Below are positions 1 to 8,544 of a DNA stretch of 64,000 nucleotides, one piece after another. The first letter of the stretch is position 1. Each line of letters opens with the position of its first letter. The DNA is from Deltaproteobacteria bacterium (GTDB taxonomy: Bacteria; Myxococcota; Kuafuiibacteriia; Kuafuiibacteriales; Kuafuiibacteriaceae), in assembly GCA_040218735.1 (NCBI GenBank), contig JAVJQW010000011.1, forward strand, positions 32,001 through 96,000. Direction: 5' to 3'. The notes under the pieces are model-generated. The model worked only from the letters and a program-made list of their open reading frames with translations. It was not told where the DNA came from and made no database searches. A program made the position numbers and the translations under genes.

Positions 1-1
1 C

Positions 2-1804
2 CGCGTCGACCTCAGCTGGATGATCGGCGGCGAGGACCCGAGCTCCGTCAGCATCGACGACGATCAGGGCAACAACGTGTACCAGGGCACGATGGCGCAG
101 GGCTCCCTGGAGGTTCGTCCGGCCGCGACCGTCACCTACACGCTGACCGCCGAGGGCTCCACCGGGACGGAGACCGCCGAGGTCACCATCACCGTCGCGT
201 CCAACCGCCCGACGATCGTGCGCTTCGTGGTCGAGCCCGACAACGTCGTGCAGATCAACGTCGAGGAAGCGAACCTGGTCTGGGAGACCACGGCCGACGA
301 GGTGCAGGTTCTGCAGGACGGCGTCGCGGTGCGCCCGTGGAACTCGTTCGGCGCGTCGGCGGGCAACCTGCAGCGCCCGGTGACGACCGAGATGACGGTC
401 TTCACGCTCCAGGCGCGCAACACGGCGGACCCGGAGGACATCGTCGAGGAGTCGGTCACCGTTACGGGCCTCGCGACGCCGACGATCGTGTCGTTCACCG
501 TGACGCCGCTCGAGTACACCGAGAGCAGCACGATGGCGACGATCAGCTGGGAGGTCGAGACGACCGACACCGTCGAGATCCGGCTGAACAACACGGTGCT
601 CCCCGGCTTCCCGAGCACGGACGCCACCGGCAGCGTCACGGTCCCGATCACCGGCGAGCCGCGCGTGCGGCTGCTCGCGACGAACCCGGTGACGACCGTC
701 GAGCAGACGCAGCAGATCGTCTTCGGCTTCGACGAGCGCGAGCCGAACGACAGCGCGATCGACGCGATCCCGATCGAAGGCAACGGCATGGCGCTGCGCG
801 GGACGATCTCCGATCCGACCGACGTCGACTGGTACGTGGTCGACGTCCCGCAGGACGTCCAGCTGAACGCGCGCGTCGGCATCGTGCAGGTGATGGGCAT
901 CGACGTGTGCAGCTTCGACACGTTCGTGCGCGTCTACACCTCGACGCTCGCGGAGATCGGCAGCAACGACAACGGGCCGACGTCGATCTCGCCGTGCTCC
1001 GAGATCAGCCCGATCGCCAACGCGTTCGCGGAGCAGATGGACGCCGGGACGTACTACATCGCGGTCTCCGGCACCGGGACCACGCCGCAGGGGCAGTACT
1101 CGATCGTCGTGGAGTTCTCGCCGGTCGCGCCGCCTGCGCTCCCGCTGACGAACGTCACCGCGGTCGGCAACCCGACGTGGAGCGTGACCGGGCTGCAGAT
1201 GTGGGAAGGCCCGGTCGGAGCCACGGGTGAGCTCGTGCCCCCGGACTTCGACATGACGTTCGCGGACTACCACGCGTTCGCCGCGTTCGGGCTCATCTCG
1301 ATCCTGTCGCAGCCGCTGTCGCCGCTCCCGCGGAGCAACTACGACAACGTCCTCGCGCTGTTCCTCCACCGCGCGGGGTACACGGCGACCACGACGTTCC
1401 CGACGACTTCGCTGCTGAACGGGAACGCGATCTACATCGGCATGACGCTGGTCCCGAACGGCACCGCGCCCGTCGGTCCGTCCTTCGACTCGGTGAGCGG
1501 CCCGATCATCCCGAACGCCGCGTTCCCCATCGTCGTGAACATGACGATCCGAAACGGCGCGGCCGACTACCTCCCGGTCGATCCGCTGGACCTCCCGAGC
1601 TACGCCGGCTACGCCGCCGCGGGGCTCCCCCCGGTGCCGAACCCCGGCAACGGCGACGGCCACCGCCACCTGATCTCGCTGATCGCGGACTCCATCGCGC
1701 CGACGCCCGGCGGCAACCTGGTGGGGAGCTACACCTGGAACTACCAGCTCCGCGACGCGACCAACGCCGGCTACGACATCGTCGTGCCTTTCACAGTCCA
1801 GTAG
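2..1804 (+). CDS. Surface/secreted protein with Ig-like beta repeats and a PPC-like (pre-peptidase C-terminal) domain; 5'-partial
   Basis: Frame is open to the window edge. Repeated 'PTIVxFxVxP...W...YTLTA' beta-sandwich units; EREPND, GTISDPTDVDWY, NDNG and GTYYIAV motifs typical of PPC domains. Confidence 0.6.
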   Translation, partial: RVDLSWMIGGEDPSSVSIDDDQGNNVYQGTMAQGSLEVRPAATVTYTLTAEGSTGTETAEVTITVASNRPTIVRFVVEPDNVVQINVEEANLVWETTADEVQVLQDGVAVRPWNSFGASAGNLQRPVTTEMTVFTLQARNTADPEDIVEESVTVTGLATPTIVSFTVTPLEYTESSTMATISWEVETTDTVEIRLNNTVLPGFPSTDATGSVTVPITGEPRVRLLATNPVTTVEQTQQIVFGFDEREPNDSAIDAIPIEGNGMALRGTISDPTDVDWYVVDVPQDVQLNARVGIVQVMGIDVCSFDTFVRVYTSTLAEIGSNDNGPTSISPCSEISPIANAFAEQMDAGTYYIAVSGTGTTPQGQYSIVVEFSPVAPPALPLTNVTAVGNPTWSVTGLQMWEGPVGATGELVPPDFDMTFADYHAFAAFGLISILSQPLSPLPRSNYDNVLALFLHRAGYTATTTFPTTSLLNGNAIYIGMTLVPNGTAPVGPSFDSVSGPIIPNAAFPIVVNMTIRNGAADYLPVDPLDLPSYAGYAAAGLPPVPNPGNGDGHRHLISLIADSIAPTPGGNLVGSYTWNYQLRDATNAGYDIVVPFTVQ

Positions 1805-1908
1805 GCCATTCCGAGTCCGGGTCCTCGAGAACCGACGGATCCGGACGCCAGCTCATTACTTCGTCCGTGAAAGCGACAAGTGTCGGCGAGTCGTTGGAAC
1901 CTCGCTGC

Positions 1909-2814
1909 ATGACGTCGATGTCGCCGTTCGAGCTCCTCAACTTTGGCGCCATTACGCCGAGGTGGGGACCGCAGCCCTTCATCGCGGCGCAGTCCGAACC
2001 GGTTCCTCCGGATCTCGAAGCGCTGTTCGGGACCGACGGCTTCCAAAGCGAGGCGTTTGCCCGACTCTTCACGGATCCCTGGCTGGCCTCAGCGGCCCTG
2101 AACCTCAATCTGGACCTCCCCGGGTTACTCGTCGCGCTGGTGCTGCACGAGCTCAATCGGCGGGACCCGCGGCCGAGCCGTGATGTCGGGACGTTGCCTC
2201 GCCACCACGGTCGCCCGCAGCGCGCAGCGCCTTGGACTCACCTCGCGGGCTCGAACGGAGGCGGTGCATCGAATGGGTCCGCAACCCAGCCCGCCGGCCC
2301 GGCCCCGTCTGCAAGTGCTCCCGCTGCGCCCGTCACGGCCAACGTCGCGACCGACCGGGCCCAGGTGCAAACGGCGCTCGACTTCGCCCTGAGCCACCAA
2401 GGTGCGCCCTACGTCGGCGGCGGCAGCCCCTTCCGTTTCGGCCAGCCGGGCGACGGCGGCACGTACCAAATGGCCGGGCAGAACGCCTATGTGTCACCGC
2501 GAGGCGTCGTTGGATTCGACTGCTCCGGTTTCGTCGTCGCCATGTACCGCCAGGCGGGCATCGACCTCGCCGCGCAGGGCATCGCCAACACCCGCAGCAT
2601 GCACGCCAACCTCCCCGCGGTCGGCCGAGGGGACCTGCAGCCCGGCGACCTCTTGGTGAAGCCGGGTTCGCATGTCGTGGTGTTCTTGGGCGACGTCACC
2701 GGCGACGGTCGACCCGATGTCATCGAATCCAAACCCGGCGGCGTCGCCGTCGGTGATGCGAGCAAGTTCTTGGACAATCCGGCCTACGAAGGCCGGCGCG
2801 TTCCCACGGGATGA
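1909..2814 (+). CDS. NlpC/P60 (C40) cell-wall peptidase with long N-terminal extension
   Basis: GAPYVGGG, FDCSGFV (catalytic Cys), LQPGDLL, GSHVVVFLG (His). Start uncertain (ATG 1909 or 1918). Confidence 0.85.
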   Translation: MTSMSPFELLNFGAITPRWGPQPFIAAQSEPVPPDLEALFGTDGFQSEAFARLFTDPWLASAALNLNLDLPGLLVALVLHELNRRDPRPSRDVGTLPRHHGRPQRAAPWTHLAGSNGGGASNGSATQPAGPAPSASAPAAPVTANVATDRAQVQTALDFALSHQGAPYVGGGSPFRFGQPGDGGTYQMAGQNAYVSPRGVVGFDCSGFVVAMYRQAGIDLAAQGIANTRSMHANLPAVGRGDLQPGDLLVKPGSHVVVFLGDVTGDGRPDVIESKPGGVAVGDASKFLDNPAYEGRRVPTG

Positions 2815-2870
2815 AGCGTCGCCGCGAGCGGTGAAGGCCAAGCGCAAAGCGAGGATGCCCAACTGGCGCG

Positions 2871-3968
2871 TTAGCTGGCGCGGAGGGCTTGGTAGCGGAT
2901 GCGGTCGATGTGCTGGCGGGCGGCGAGGTCGGCTTCGAGCGGGGCGGCCCAGGCGGCGGCCTTCGCGGCGGGGCCGGCCGTGAGCTCGAAGAGCTCGGCG
3001 CCGAAGCCGCTGCCGTAGGAGAACGCGACGACGCTCTCGCCGCGCTCGGCGCCCGCGAGGGCGCGCGCGACGGCGAACCACAGGCTGCCCGTGTAGCTGT
3101 TGCCGATCTCGGTGTTCCAGGACATCGCGGGGGCGACCTTCTCGGCGAAGAGGCGCTCCGTCTCGTCGGCGCTCCACCCGAACGTCTCCCCGACGCGGCG
3201 CACCGCCTTCTTCACCATCTTCGGGAACGGCGCGTGGAGGCACGCGGCCGAGAGGGCTTCGATCTTCGCGCGCGCGTCGTCTTCGCCGACCCACGACGAA
3301 AAACACGCCGCCGCCGCGCGCATGTAACACTCCAGGCTGAACTTCCCGTCGACGCGCGGGAACGACTCACCGACCGGACGCCAGAAGTCGAACGCCGGCT
3401 CGGAGAACGCGTGCGCGTCGATGCCGACCGCCGCGACCGCCGGGTCGTGCACGATCATCGCGACCGCCCCTGCGCCCTGCGTCGCCTCGCCCGGATCCTC
3501 GGGCGCGTACAGCGCGACGTCGGCCGCGATCACCAGCGCCGCCTTGTCGCGAGCGGCTCCCGAGGCGCGCCACTCGACGGCCTGCCGCAGCGCGAGCGTG
3601 CCGCCGTAGCAGGCGTGTTTGACCTCGTACGAGCGGACCGAGCCGCGCACGCCGAGGCGGTCCGCGACGAACGCCGACAAGGGTCGGCTCATGTCCAACG
3701 CCGACTCGGTGCCGACCGCGATCAACCCGATATCCTCCGCGCTGCCGCCCCAGCTCTCGAGCGCGCGGCGCGCCGCCGTCTCGGCGAGGTCCACGACGCC
3801 GTACCCCTCGGGGCACAGCGCCATCGTTCGGCAGCCGAGGCCGACCGTGTACTTGTCGGGGTCGACGCCGCGGAGCGCAGCGAGCTCGGTGACGTCCATC
3901 GCGAGCGGAGGAACGGCGAGGCCGAGCGCAGCGATGCCAGTGGATTCGGGGCGGTGGTCTTCACGCAT
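2871..3968 (-). CDS. mvaS: Hydroxymethylglutaryl-CoA synthase family protein
   Basis: GTES, EVKHACYGGT (catalytic Cys), GEATQGAGAVA, LHAPFPKM, IGNSYTGS, FSYGSG. Confidence 0.88.
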   Translation of the reverse strand: MREDHRPESTGIAALGLAVPPLAMDVTELAALRGVDPDKYTVGLGCRTMALCPEGYGVVDLAETAARRALESWGGSAEDIGLIAVGTESALDMSRPLSAFVADRLGVRGSVRSYEVKHACYGGTLALRQAVEWRASGAARDKAALVIAADVALYAPEDPGEATQGAGAVAMIVHDPAVAAVGIDAHAFSEPAFDFWRPVGESFPRVDGKFSLECYMRAAAACFSSWVGEDDARAKIEALSAACLHAPFPKMVKKAVRRVGETFGWSADETERLFAEKVAPAMSWNTEIGNSYTGSLWFAVARALAGAERGESVVAFSYGSGFGAELFELTAGPAAKAAAWAAPLEADLAARQHIDRIRYQALRAS

Positions 3969-3996
3969 GGGTAGGATCTCGGGGTCGCGCGCTAAC

Positions 3997-4014
3997 ACGA
4001 CCCGCGAGGGTCGT
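3997..4014. terminator. Small GC hairpin, possible terminator or processing site
   Basis: ACGACCC-GCGA-GGGTCGT, a perfect 7-bp stem between the upstream operon and mvaS. No clear U-tract. Confidence 0.25.
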
Positions 4015-4142
4015 CACGCCCGCGGTCACAACCAACGACCGTCGAGGCTGCTTCCCCAAACGCCTAGGGGCCCGTGCGGGAACAAGGTGGCCGTTCTCCG
4101 CGAGCGCCGCCGAGAACGGTCAGATTATCCCCGCACCGGCCC

Positions 4143-4379
4143 TTAGGTGCTGACGAGGCAATAGCGACCGTCGAGCTGCACCACGCGCCACCGCGCGCCG
4201 CGCCACTCGACGACCTGCTCCGCGCCGACTTCGAGCTCGGTACCCGTGAGCTTCACGCGAACGACCAAACCGTCCTCGACGACCGCGCCGTCGTGCACGT
4301 CGATCGCCGGGACGCCGCGCGGCGCCTCGTCCGCGACCGGTGTCGTGCCTTCCGAGAAACGATTCGTCTTCGGCTTCAC
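4143..4379 (-). CDS. Small beta-rich hypothetical protein (78 aa)
   Basis: GTG start overlaps the upstream TGA (GTGA coupling); protein-like composition. Confidence 0.65.
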   Translation of the reverse strand: MKPKTNRFSEGTTPVADEAPRGVPAIDVHDGAVVEDGLVVRVKLTGTELEVGAEQVVEWRGARWRVVQLDGRYCLVST

Positions 4380-6289
4380 AGGCGATCTTCTCCGCGCACG
4401 AACCCGTCGGCCCCCGACGAGAACGACGCGACGTCGAAGTCGAACCCTTCGTCCTTCGGCGTCACCCCGACGATGACGGTTCTGAACCCCGGGAACAAGG
4501 CGACCTCACCGCGCGCACCTTCGAGGTCCCCCTCGGAGAACAGCGGCGACTCGTCCGGGTGCGAGTGCACCTTTGCGCGGATGTCGAGGCCGAACGCCTG
4601 TACCAGCCGGTCGACGTGTTCGACGTCCTCCGGGTGCACCACGCCCATCGAGTGGCCCATGTCCGTCCCGTGCAGCAGGTTCCGCACCGGCAGGAAGCGG
4701 TGCGCCGCGCCGTCGTAGACGAGGTACCCCATCCCCTCGAACGGGAACGCCTCGGCCATCGCCGACTTCATGTCCGCGACCACGCCGGGCTCGAGCCCCA
4801 GCTCGTTCGCCCCCAGGTTGCGCTCCAGCGCCTCCGTCTCGCGCACCGTCTGACGCGCGGCGATCGAAGCCTGCGCGAGCGCGTCGACGTGACCCGCGAG
4901 CTCCTGCGCGACGACCTCGATGCCGTCACGCTGACACTCGGCGACGAGACCATCGACCACGGCGTCGAGCGCACCTTCACCGCGCGCCCACTGCGCGAGC
5001 GCGCCGAGGCGCTCGGACGCCTTGCCCTCTCCGGGCGGGCCATAGCGTTCCAGCAGCGCGACCGTCCCCTGCCGAACCGCCGCCGAACGCGGCCCCGCGT
5101 CGCGGAACATCCGCGCGACGGACGCGAGCTCGGGCCGGCGCCCGATCGCATCACGGAGATCATCACCGATGCGGCGCAAGCCATCTTGCAACAGACGCGC
5201 GTGCAAGTGCTCCGCCTTCGCGCCGATCGGCCCCGGCGCGTCGAGGTCCGCGAACACCCGGCTCCCGTGCCGCGGGTCTGCGAGTGACGCAATCGTCGCC
5301 GCGACGTCCACGTTCGACGTGACCTCGGCGGCGAGCTTCGGGCCGAGGTGTTTCTCGAGCGACTCGAACACCAGACCCAGACGATCTCCAGCCAAGCGTT
5401 GCCGGTTCACCATCGCGACGAACACGTCGTCGTGGGACGGGCCCGCGACCGGATCCGAGAGCCCCTCCGCGATCCGCTGGGCCTGCGCCTGGAGGACCTC
5501 GGAACCCTTGGGATCGATCGTGAGTGCGCGCAGCGAGGCACCGGTCGCAGAACCTCCGCGCCGCGCCTCGATGTCCTCCATCGTCGCGAAACGCTCGTGC
5601 GCGGACTGCATGAAGTTCGCGAAGCCCGCGAGGTCGGAGGCGTCCGCGCCCGCGAGCTCGGTGAGGAACGTCTCCGCGGAGTCGATGCCACACGCCTGCG
5701 CGAGGGCCCCCCACGCAAACGGGGACGCGCGCCCCACGCGATCGATCAGCATCGCGAGATTCGACGTGTCGTCCTCGGCGGTGTGTGAAGCCACGACCGC
5801 CGTCGCGATCGAACGCCCGAGCGCGAGCTGCGCACCACCGCTGGTGTCGACGTTGGGACGCGGCGCCGCCGCCCGCATCAGCGCGGCGAAGCTCGTGGTG
5901 ATGCTCGCGTCGTCGCGCGCGAGGAGCTGCTCCGCGGCCTCTTCGGCCGTCATCAGCGGCGAGTGACCGCACAGGGTGTGAGCGACGTCGAAGAGCGCGT
6001 CCGAGAACGCCTGCCGATTGACCGTGCCGTCCTTGCCAGCCGCCAGGACACTCGCGAGCTTCGCGGACCCACCGCCTTCGGCCATGCGTTGTCCGAGCAC
6101 CGCCTCGAGCGCCCACACAAATTCGGTCTTGGCGTTGCCCGAGAACGCGGCCTTCTCGAACTGCGCCGCGAGCTCCGGTCCGAGGAGGTCCGCCGGTGTG
6201 GTGCGCGGCGCTTCGGGCTCCTCGGTCTTCGCGGTCCGTCGAACCCGGTTGGTGTTGTCCGCCGCGCCGGGTCCGCCCAGCGGTTTCAT
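4376..6289 (-). CDS. Large helical protein with C-terminal JAB/MPN+ (JAMM) metalloprotease domain
   Basis: FEGMGYL...HSHPDESPLFSEGD matches E-xn-H-x-H-x7-S-x2-D exactly. ATG at 6289 overlaps the upstream TGA (ATGA). Confidence 0.8.
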   Translation of the reverse strand: MKPLGGPGAADNTNRVRRTAKTEEPEAPRTTPADLLGPELAAQFEKAAFSGNAKTEFVWALEAVLGQRMAEGGGSAKLASVLAAGKDGTVNRQAFSDALFDVAHTLCGHSPLMTAEEAAEQLLARDDASITTSFAALMRAAAPRPNVDTSGGAQLALGRSIATAVVASHTAEDDTSNLAMLIDRVGRASPFAWGALAQACGIDSAETFLTELAGADASDLAGFANFMQSAHERFATMEDIEARRGGSATGASLRALTIDPKGSEVLQAQAQRIAEGLSDPVAGPSHDDVFVAMVNRQRLAGDRLGLVFESLEKHLGPKLAAEVTSNVDVAATIASLADPRHGSRVFADLDAPGPIGAKAEHLHARLLQDGLRRIGDDLRDAIGRRPELASVARMFRDAGPRSAAVRQGTVALLERYGPPGEGKASERLGALAQWARGEGALDAVVDGLVAECQRDGIEVVAQELAGHVDALAQASIAARQTVRETEALERNLGANELGLEPGVVADMKSAMAEAFPFEGMGYLVYDGAAHRFLPVRNLLHGTDMGHSMGVVHPEDVEHVDRLVQAFGLDIRAKVHSHPDESPLFSEGDLEGARGEVALFPGFRTVIVGVTPKDEGFDFDVASFSSGADGFVRGEDRL

Positions 6290-7575
6290 ACCCCGTACTC
6301 CGAGCGGTCCGCGCCCACGACGACGGCGAGCCCGGCGTCCTTGAAGCGCTGCTGGGTCGACTCCACCTCTTCCGCGGTCACCGGCCGATCGATCTCTGGC
6401 GAGCGGAACGTCGTGAACGTCGGCGTCCACTGGTCCATCAGGTGGACGCGCATGTCCTTCGACACGGACGCGAGGAAGTCGGCGATCTTGCCGGAGTCGG
6501 TGACGTCATCCGGCATGATGAGGTGCCGAACGAGGAGCCCCTCGTACGCGACGCCGCGGTCGTCCTTCTTGAGATCGCCGACCTGCCGGTGCATCTCGCG
6601 CACGGCCTCCTGCACGTTGTCCCAGTAACCCTTCGTACCGCCGTAGCGCTGCCCCGCGTCGTTGTTCCCGAACTTCACGTCGGGGAGGTAGACGTCGACG
6701 ATGCCGTCGAGCTCCTTCAGCGCGTCGAGGTCTTCGTAGCCGCCTGTGTTGTAGACGAGCGGGATCTTCAGCCCCTGGTCGGCCGCCATCTGCACCGCCT
6801 CCAGGATCTCGACGATGAAGTGGGACGGCGTCATCAGCTGGATGTTGTGCGCGCCGCGGTCCTGCAAATCGAGGAAGGTCTCGGCGAGCTCCTTCACCTT
6901 GATGTCGTCGCCGCCCTTCATGTGCGCGATGTCCGCGTACTGGCAGAACGAACACGCCATGCTGCAGCTCGAGAAGTAGACCGTGCCGCTCCCCTGCACG
7001 CCGGAGATCTCACGCTCCTCGCCGACGTTCAGGTTCTTGCCGCCGATGCGCAGCGGCACCTTCTTGCGGAACACGCCGTACTTGTCGGTGTCGCGGATGT
7101 CCTTCAGACGGTCGATGCGCTCCTTCAGCTCGCCGCTCTGCGCGAGCGCAACGTAGCTTGCGGGACGGAAGACGTCGTCCGCTCCGCCCGGCCAGTCGAC
7201 GCGGAACTCCGCGAGGCGCGCCTGCTGCTTTTCGTCCATGCAGATGGCCTGCGCGAGCGGCACCTGCTCCATGGTGAGGTCGAGGAACTCGAGCGTCCCG
7301 TCGTCCCGGATGTGCAGCGAACCCTGGTCGTAGCTGACGTCGCTCTTCGCAATCGTCCGCAGCGCGACCAGCGACTCCTTCTCCGCGGGGGTCGCCTTCT
7401 TGTACGGCGTCCGCTCCTGCGAGGACGTAGCCGCGCGTTCAAAACCGCCCTGCCCGGCCGGCGCCTTCGCCTTCTTCTTCGGCGCGGACGCAGACGACGC
7501 ATCGCCCGAGCCGCGCACCTGGGTGCCCGACTCGGTCGGCGTCGCCCCGCCGGTCTTGCGGCTCGCGCGGGTCAC
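6286..7575 (-). CDS. Radical SAM protein, PflX-like, with N-terminal extension
   Basis: GSGTVYFSSCSMACSFCQ (CxxxCxxC), HNIQLMTPSHF, PLVYNTGGY, DVYLPDVKF, EMHRQVGDL, GLLVRHLIMP. Confidence 0.85.
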   Translation of the reverse strand: MTRASRKTGGATPTESGTQVRGSGDASSASAPKKKAKAPAGQGGFERAATSSQERTPYKKATPAEKESLVALRTIAKSDVSYDQGSLHIRDDGTLEFLDLTMEQVPLAQAICMDEKQQARLAEFRVDWPGGADDVFRPASYVALAQSGELKERIDRLKDIRDTDKYGVFRKKVPLRIGGKNLNVGEEREISGVQGSGTVYFSSCSMACSFCQYADIAHMKGGDDIKVKELAETFLDLQDRGAHNIQLMTPSHFIVEILEAVQMAADQGLKIPLVYNTGGYEDLDALKELDGIVDVYLPDVKFGNNDAGQRYGGTKGYWDNVQEAVREMHRQVGDLKKDDRGVAYEGLLVRHLIMPDDVTDSGKIADFLASVSKDMRVHLMDQWTPTFTTFRSPEIDRPVTAEEVESTQQRFKDAGLAVVVGADRSEYGV

Positions 7576-7576
7576 G

Positions 7577-7858
7577 CTACTGCTTGGAGGCGTTGAGGCC
7601 GACCTCGCCGCGCACGACCTTGCCCGGATCGTCCGGCTTGTCCTCGAACCGATCCGTGTTGCGCGCCTCGGTGATCTCCAGCCCTGCGAGCGACTGGAGC
7701 GCCGCGTAGTGCAGCGCCGCGCACGCGTCGCCGATCCCCTGGCCGCTGTGGTCGCTGATCTCGACCTTGTCGCCCGTGATCGAGATGTTCATCTGGACGT
7801 CCACCACGTAGGTGCCGTCGGTCATCGCCTTGAAAGGCTTCGCTCGAATATCGCTCAT
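7577..7858 (-). CDS. Small protein, possibly DUF2997-like
   Basis: GAGGAG RBS. 'ISITGDKVEI...GIGDACAAL...LAG' recalls the DUF2997 pattern; lies in an operon with a Ycf46-like ATPase. Confidence 0.5.
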   Translation of the reverse strand: MSDIRAKPFKAMTDGTYVVDVQMNISITGDKVEISDHSGQGIGDACAALHYAALQSLAGLEITEARNTDRFEDKPDDPGKVVRGEVGLNASKQ

Positions 7859-7868
7859 CTCGTGCTCC

Positions 7869-8540
7869 TCAGGTCTGGACCATGGCGCGACGCCGACGCG
7901 CCGCAACCGCCGCGCGCGTCCGCTCGGGCATCTTCAGATCCCCGGAGTGCTGCGCGATGACACCCGCCGCCTGGCTGGACGCCTTCGGGTTCACGACCAC
8001 CTTGGCGGTGAACTTGATGTCGAGGCCGCCGTCCGGACGGACGACGACGTTCGGCTCCACCATCATCTGCGGGTTCTTCTCGATGTGCGTGAGCACCTGC
8101 CCCGCGCGCGCGAGCTGCACGACCTTCTTGATCGCGGCTTCGACCTTCGCCTGCGTGAGCCCCACCGCGCTCGCGGTGATCGTCGCCTGGCCGTTCTCAC
8201 CGGCCTGGTACTGGAGCGTGAGCCCGTCGACGCTGATGTTGTTGCCGTTCACCTTCACGTCGAGGCTCGGGATGCGCGAGTCGGAGAGCGCCTTGTTCAC
8301 GTCCTCGAGGTTCACGCTCATCTGCGCCTGCACGCGGTTGGGCTGCGGAGCGCGGTACACGACCTGCGTGTAACCGTACGTCCGCCGCGACTGCACCGCG
8401 CCCGAGAAAGCCGCGAACGCCGCACCGGCCTCCGCTCCGACCCCCTCGGTCGTCGACGCCGCCTGCGTCGCCTGCGCCGCCGGCTGACCGCTCTCGACCT
8501 CACCGGCCGCGAATCGTCCGTTGTCGTTCTTGATCTTCAT
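7869..8540 (-). CDS. Hypothetical protein, possibly DUF1257/Ycf35-like, with N-terminal extension
   Basis: AGGAG RBS; starts 4 bp after the upstream stop. 'NLEDVNKAL...IKKVVQLARAGQVLTHIEK...VRPDGGLDIKF' resembles the DUF1257 C-terminal helix plus DG hairpin. Confidence 0.5.
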   Translation of the reverse strand: MKIKNDNGRFAAGEVESGQPAAQATQAASTTEGVGAEAGAAFAAFSGAVQSRRTYGYTQVVYRAPQPNRVQAQMSVNLEDVNKALSDSRIPSLDVKVNGNNISVDGLTLQYQAGENGQATITASAVGLTQAKVEAAIKKVVQLARAGQVLTHIEKNPQMMVEPNVVVRPDGGLDIKFTAKVVVNPKASSQAAGVIAQHSGDLKMPERTRAAVAARRRRAMVQT

Positions 8541-8544
8541 GCCA

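Noticed and set aside
2871-3968. HMG-CoA synthase as a PKS beta-branching enzyme or part of the AAA operon
   Set aside because: No PKS, ACP or ECH genes are present, and a 174-bp spacer with a hairpin separates it from the operon.
4143-4379. 78-aa protein as a ubiquitin-like substrate of the JAMM domain
   Set aside because: No C-terminal GG and no evident beta-grasp pattern.
6286-7575. Radical SAM enzyme as maturase of the Cys-rich precursor
   Set aside because: It lies about 40 kb away in another operon, is PflX-like, and shows no SPASM or RRE features.
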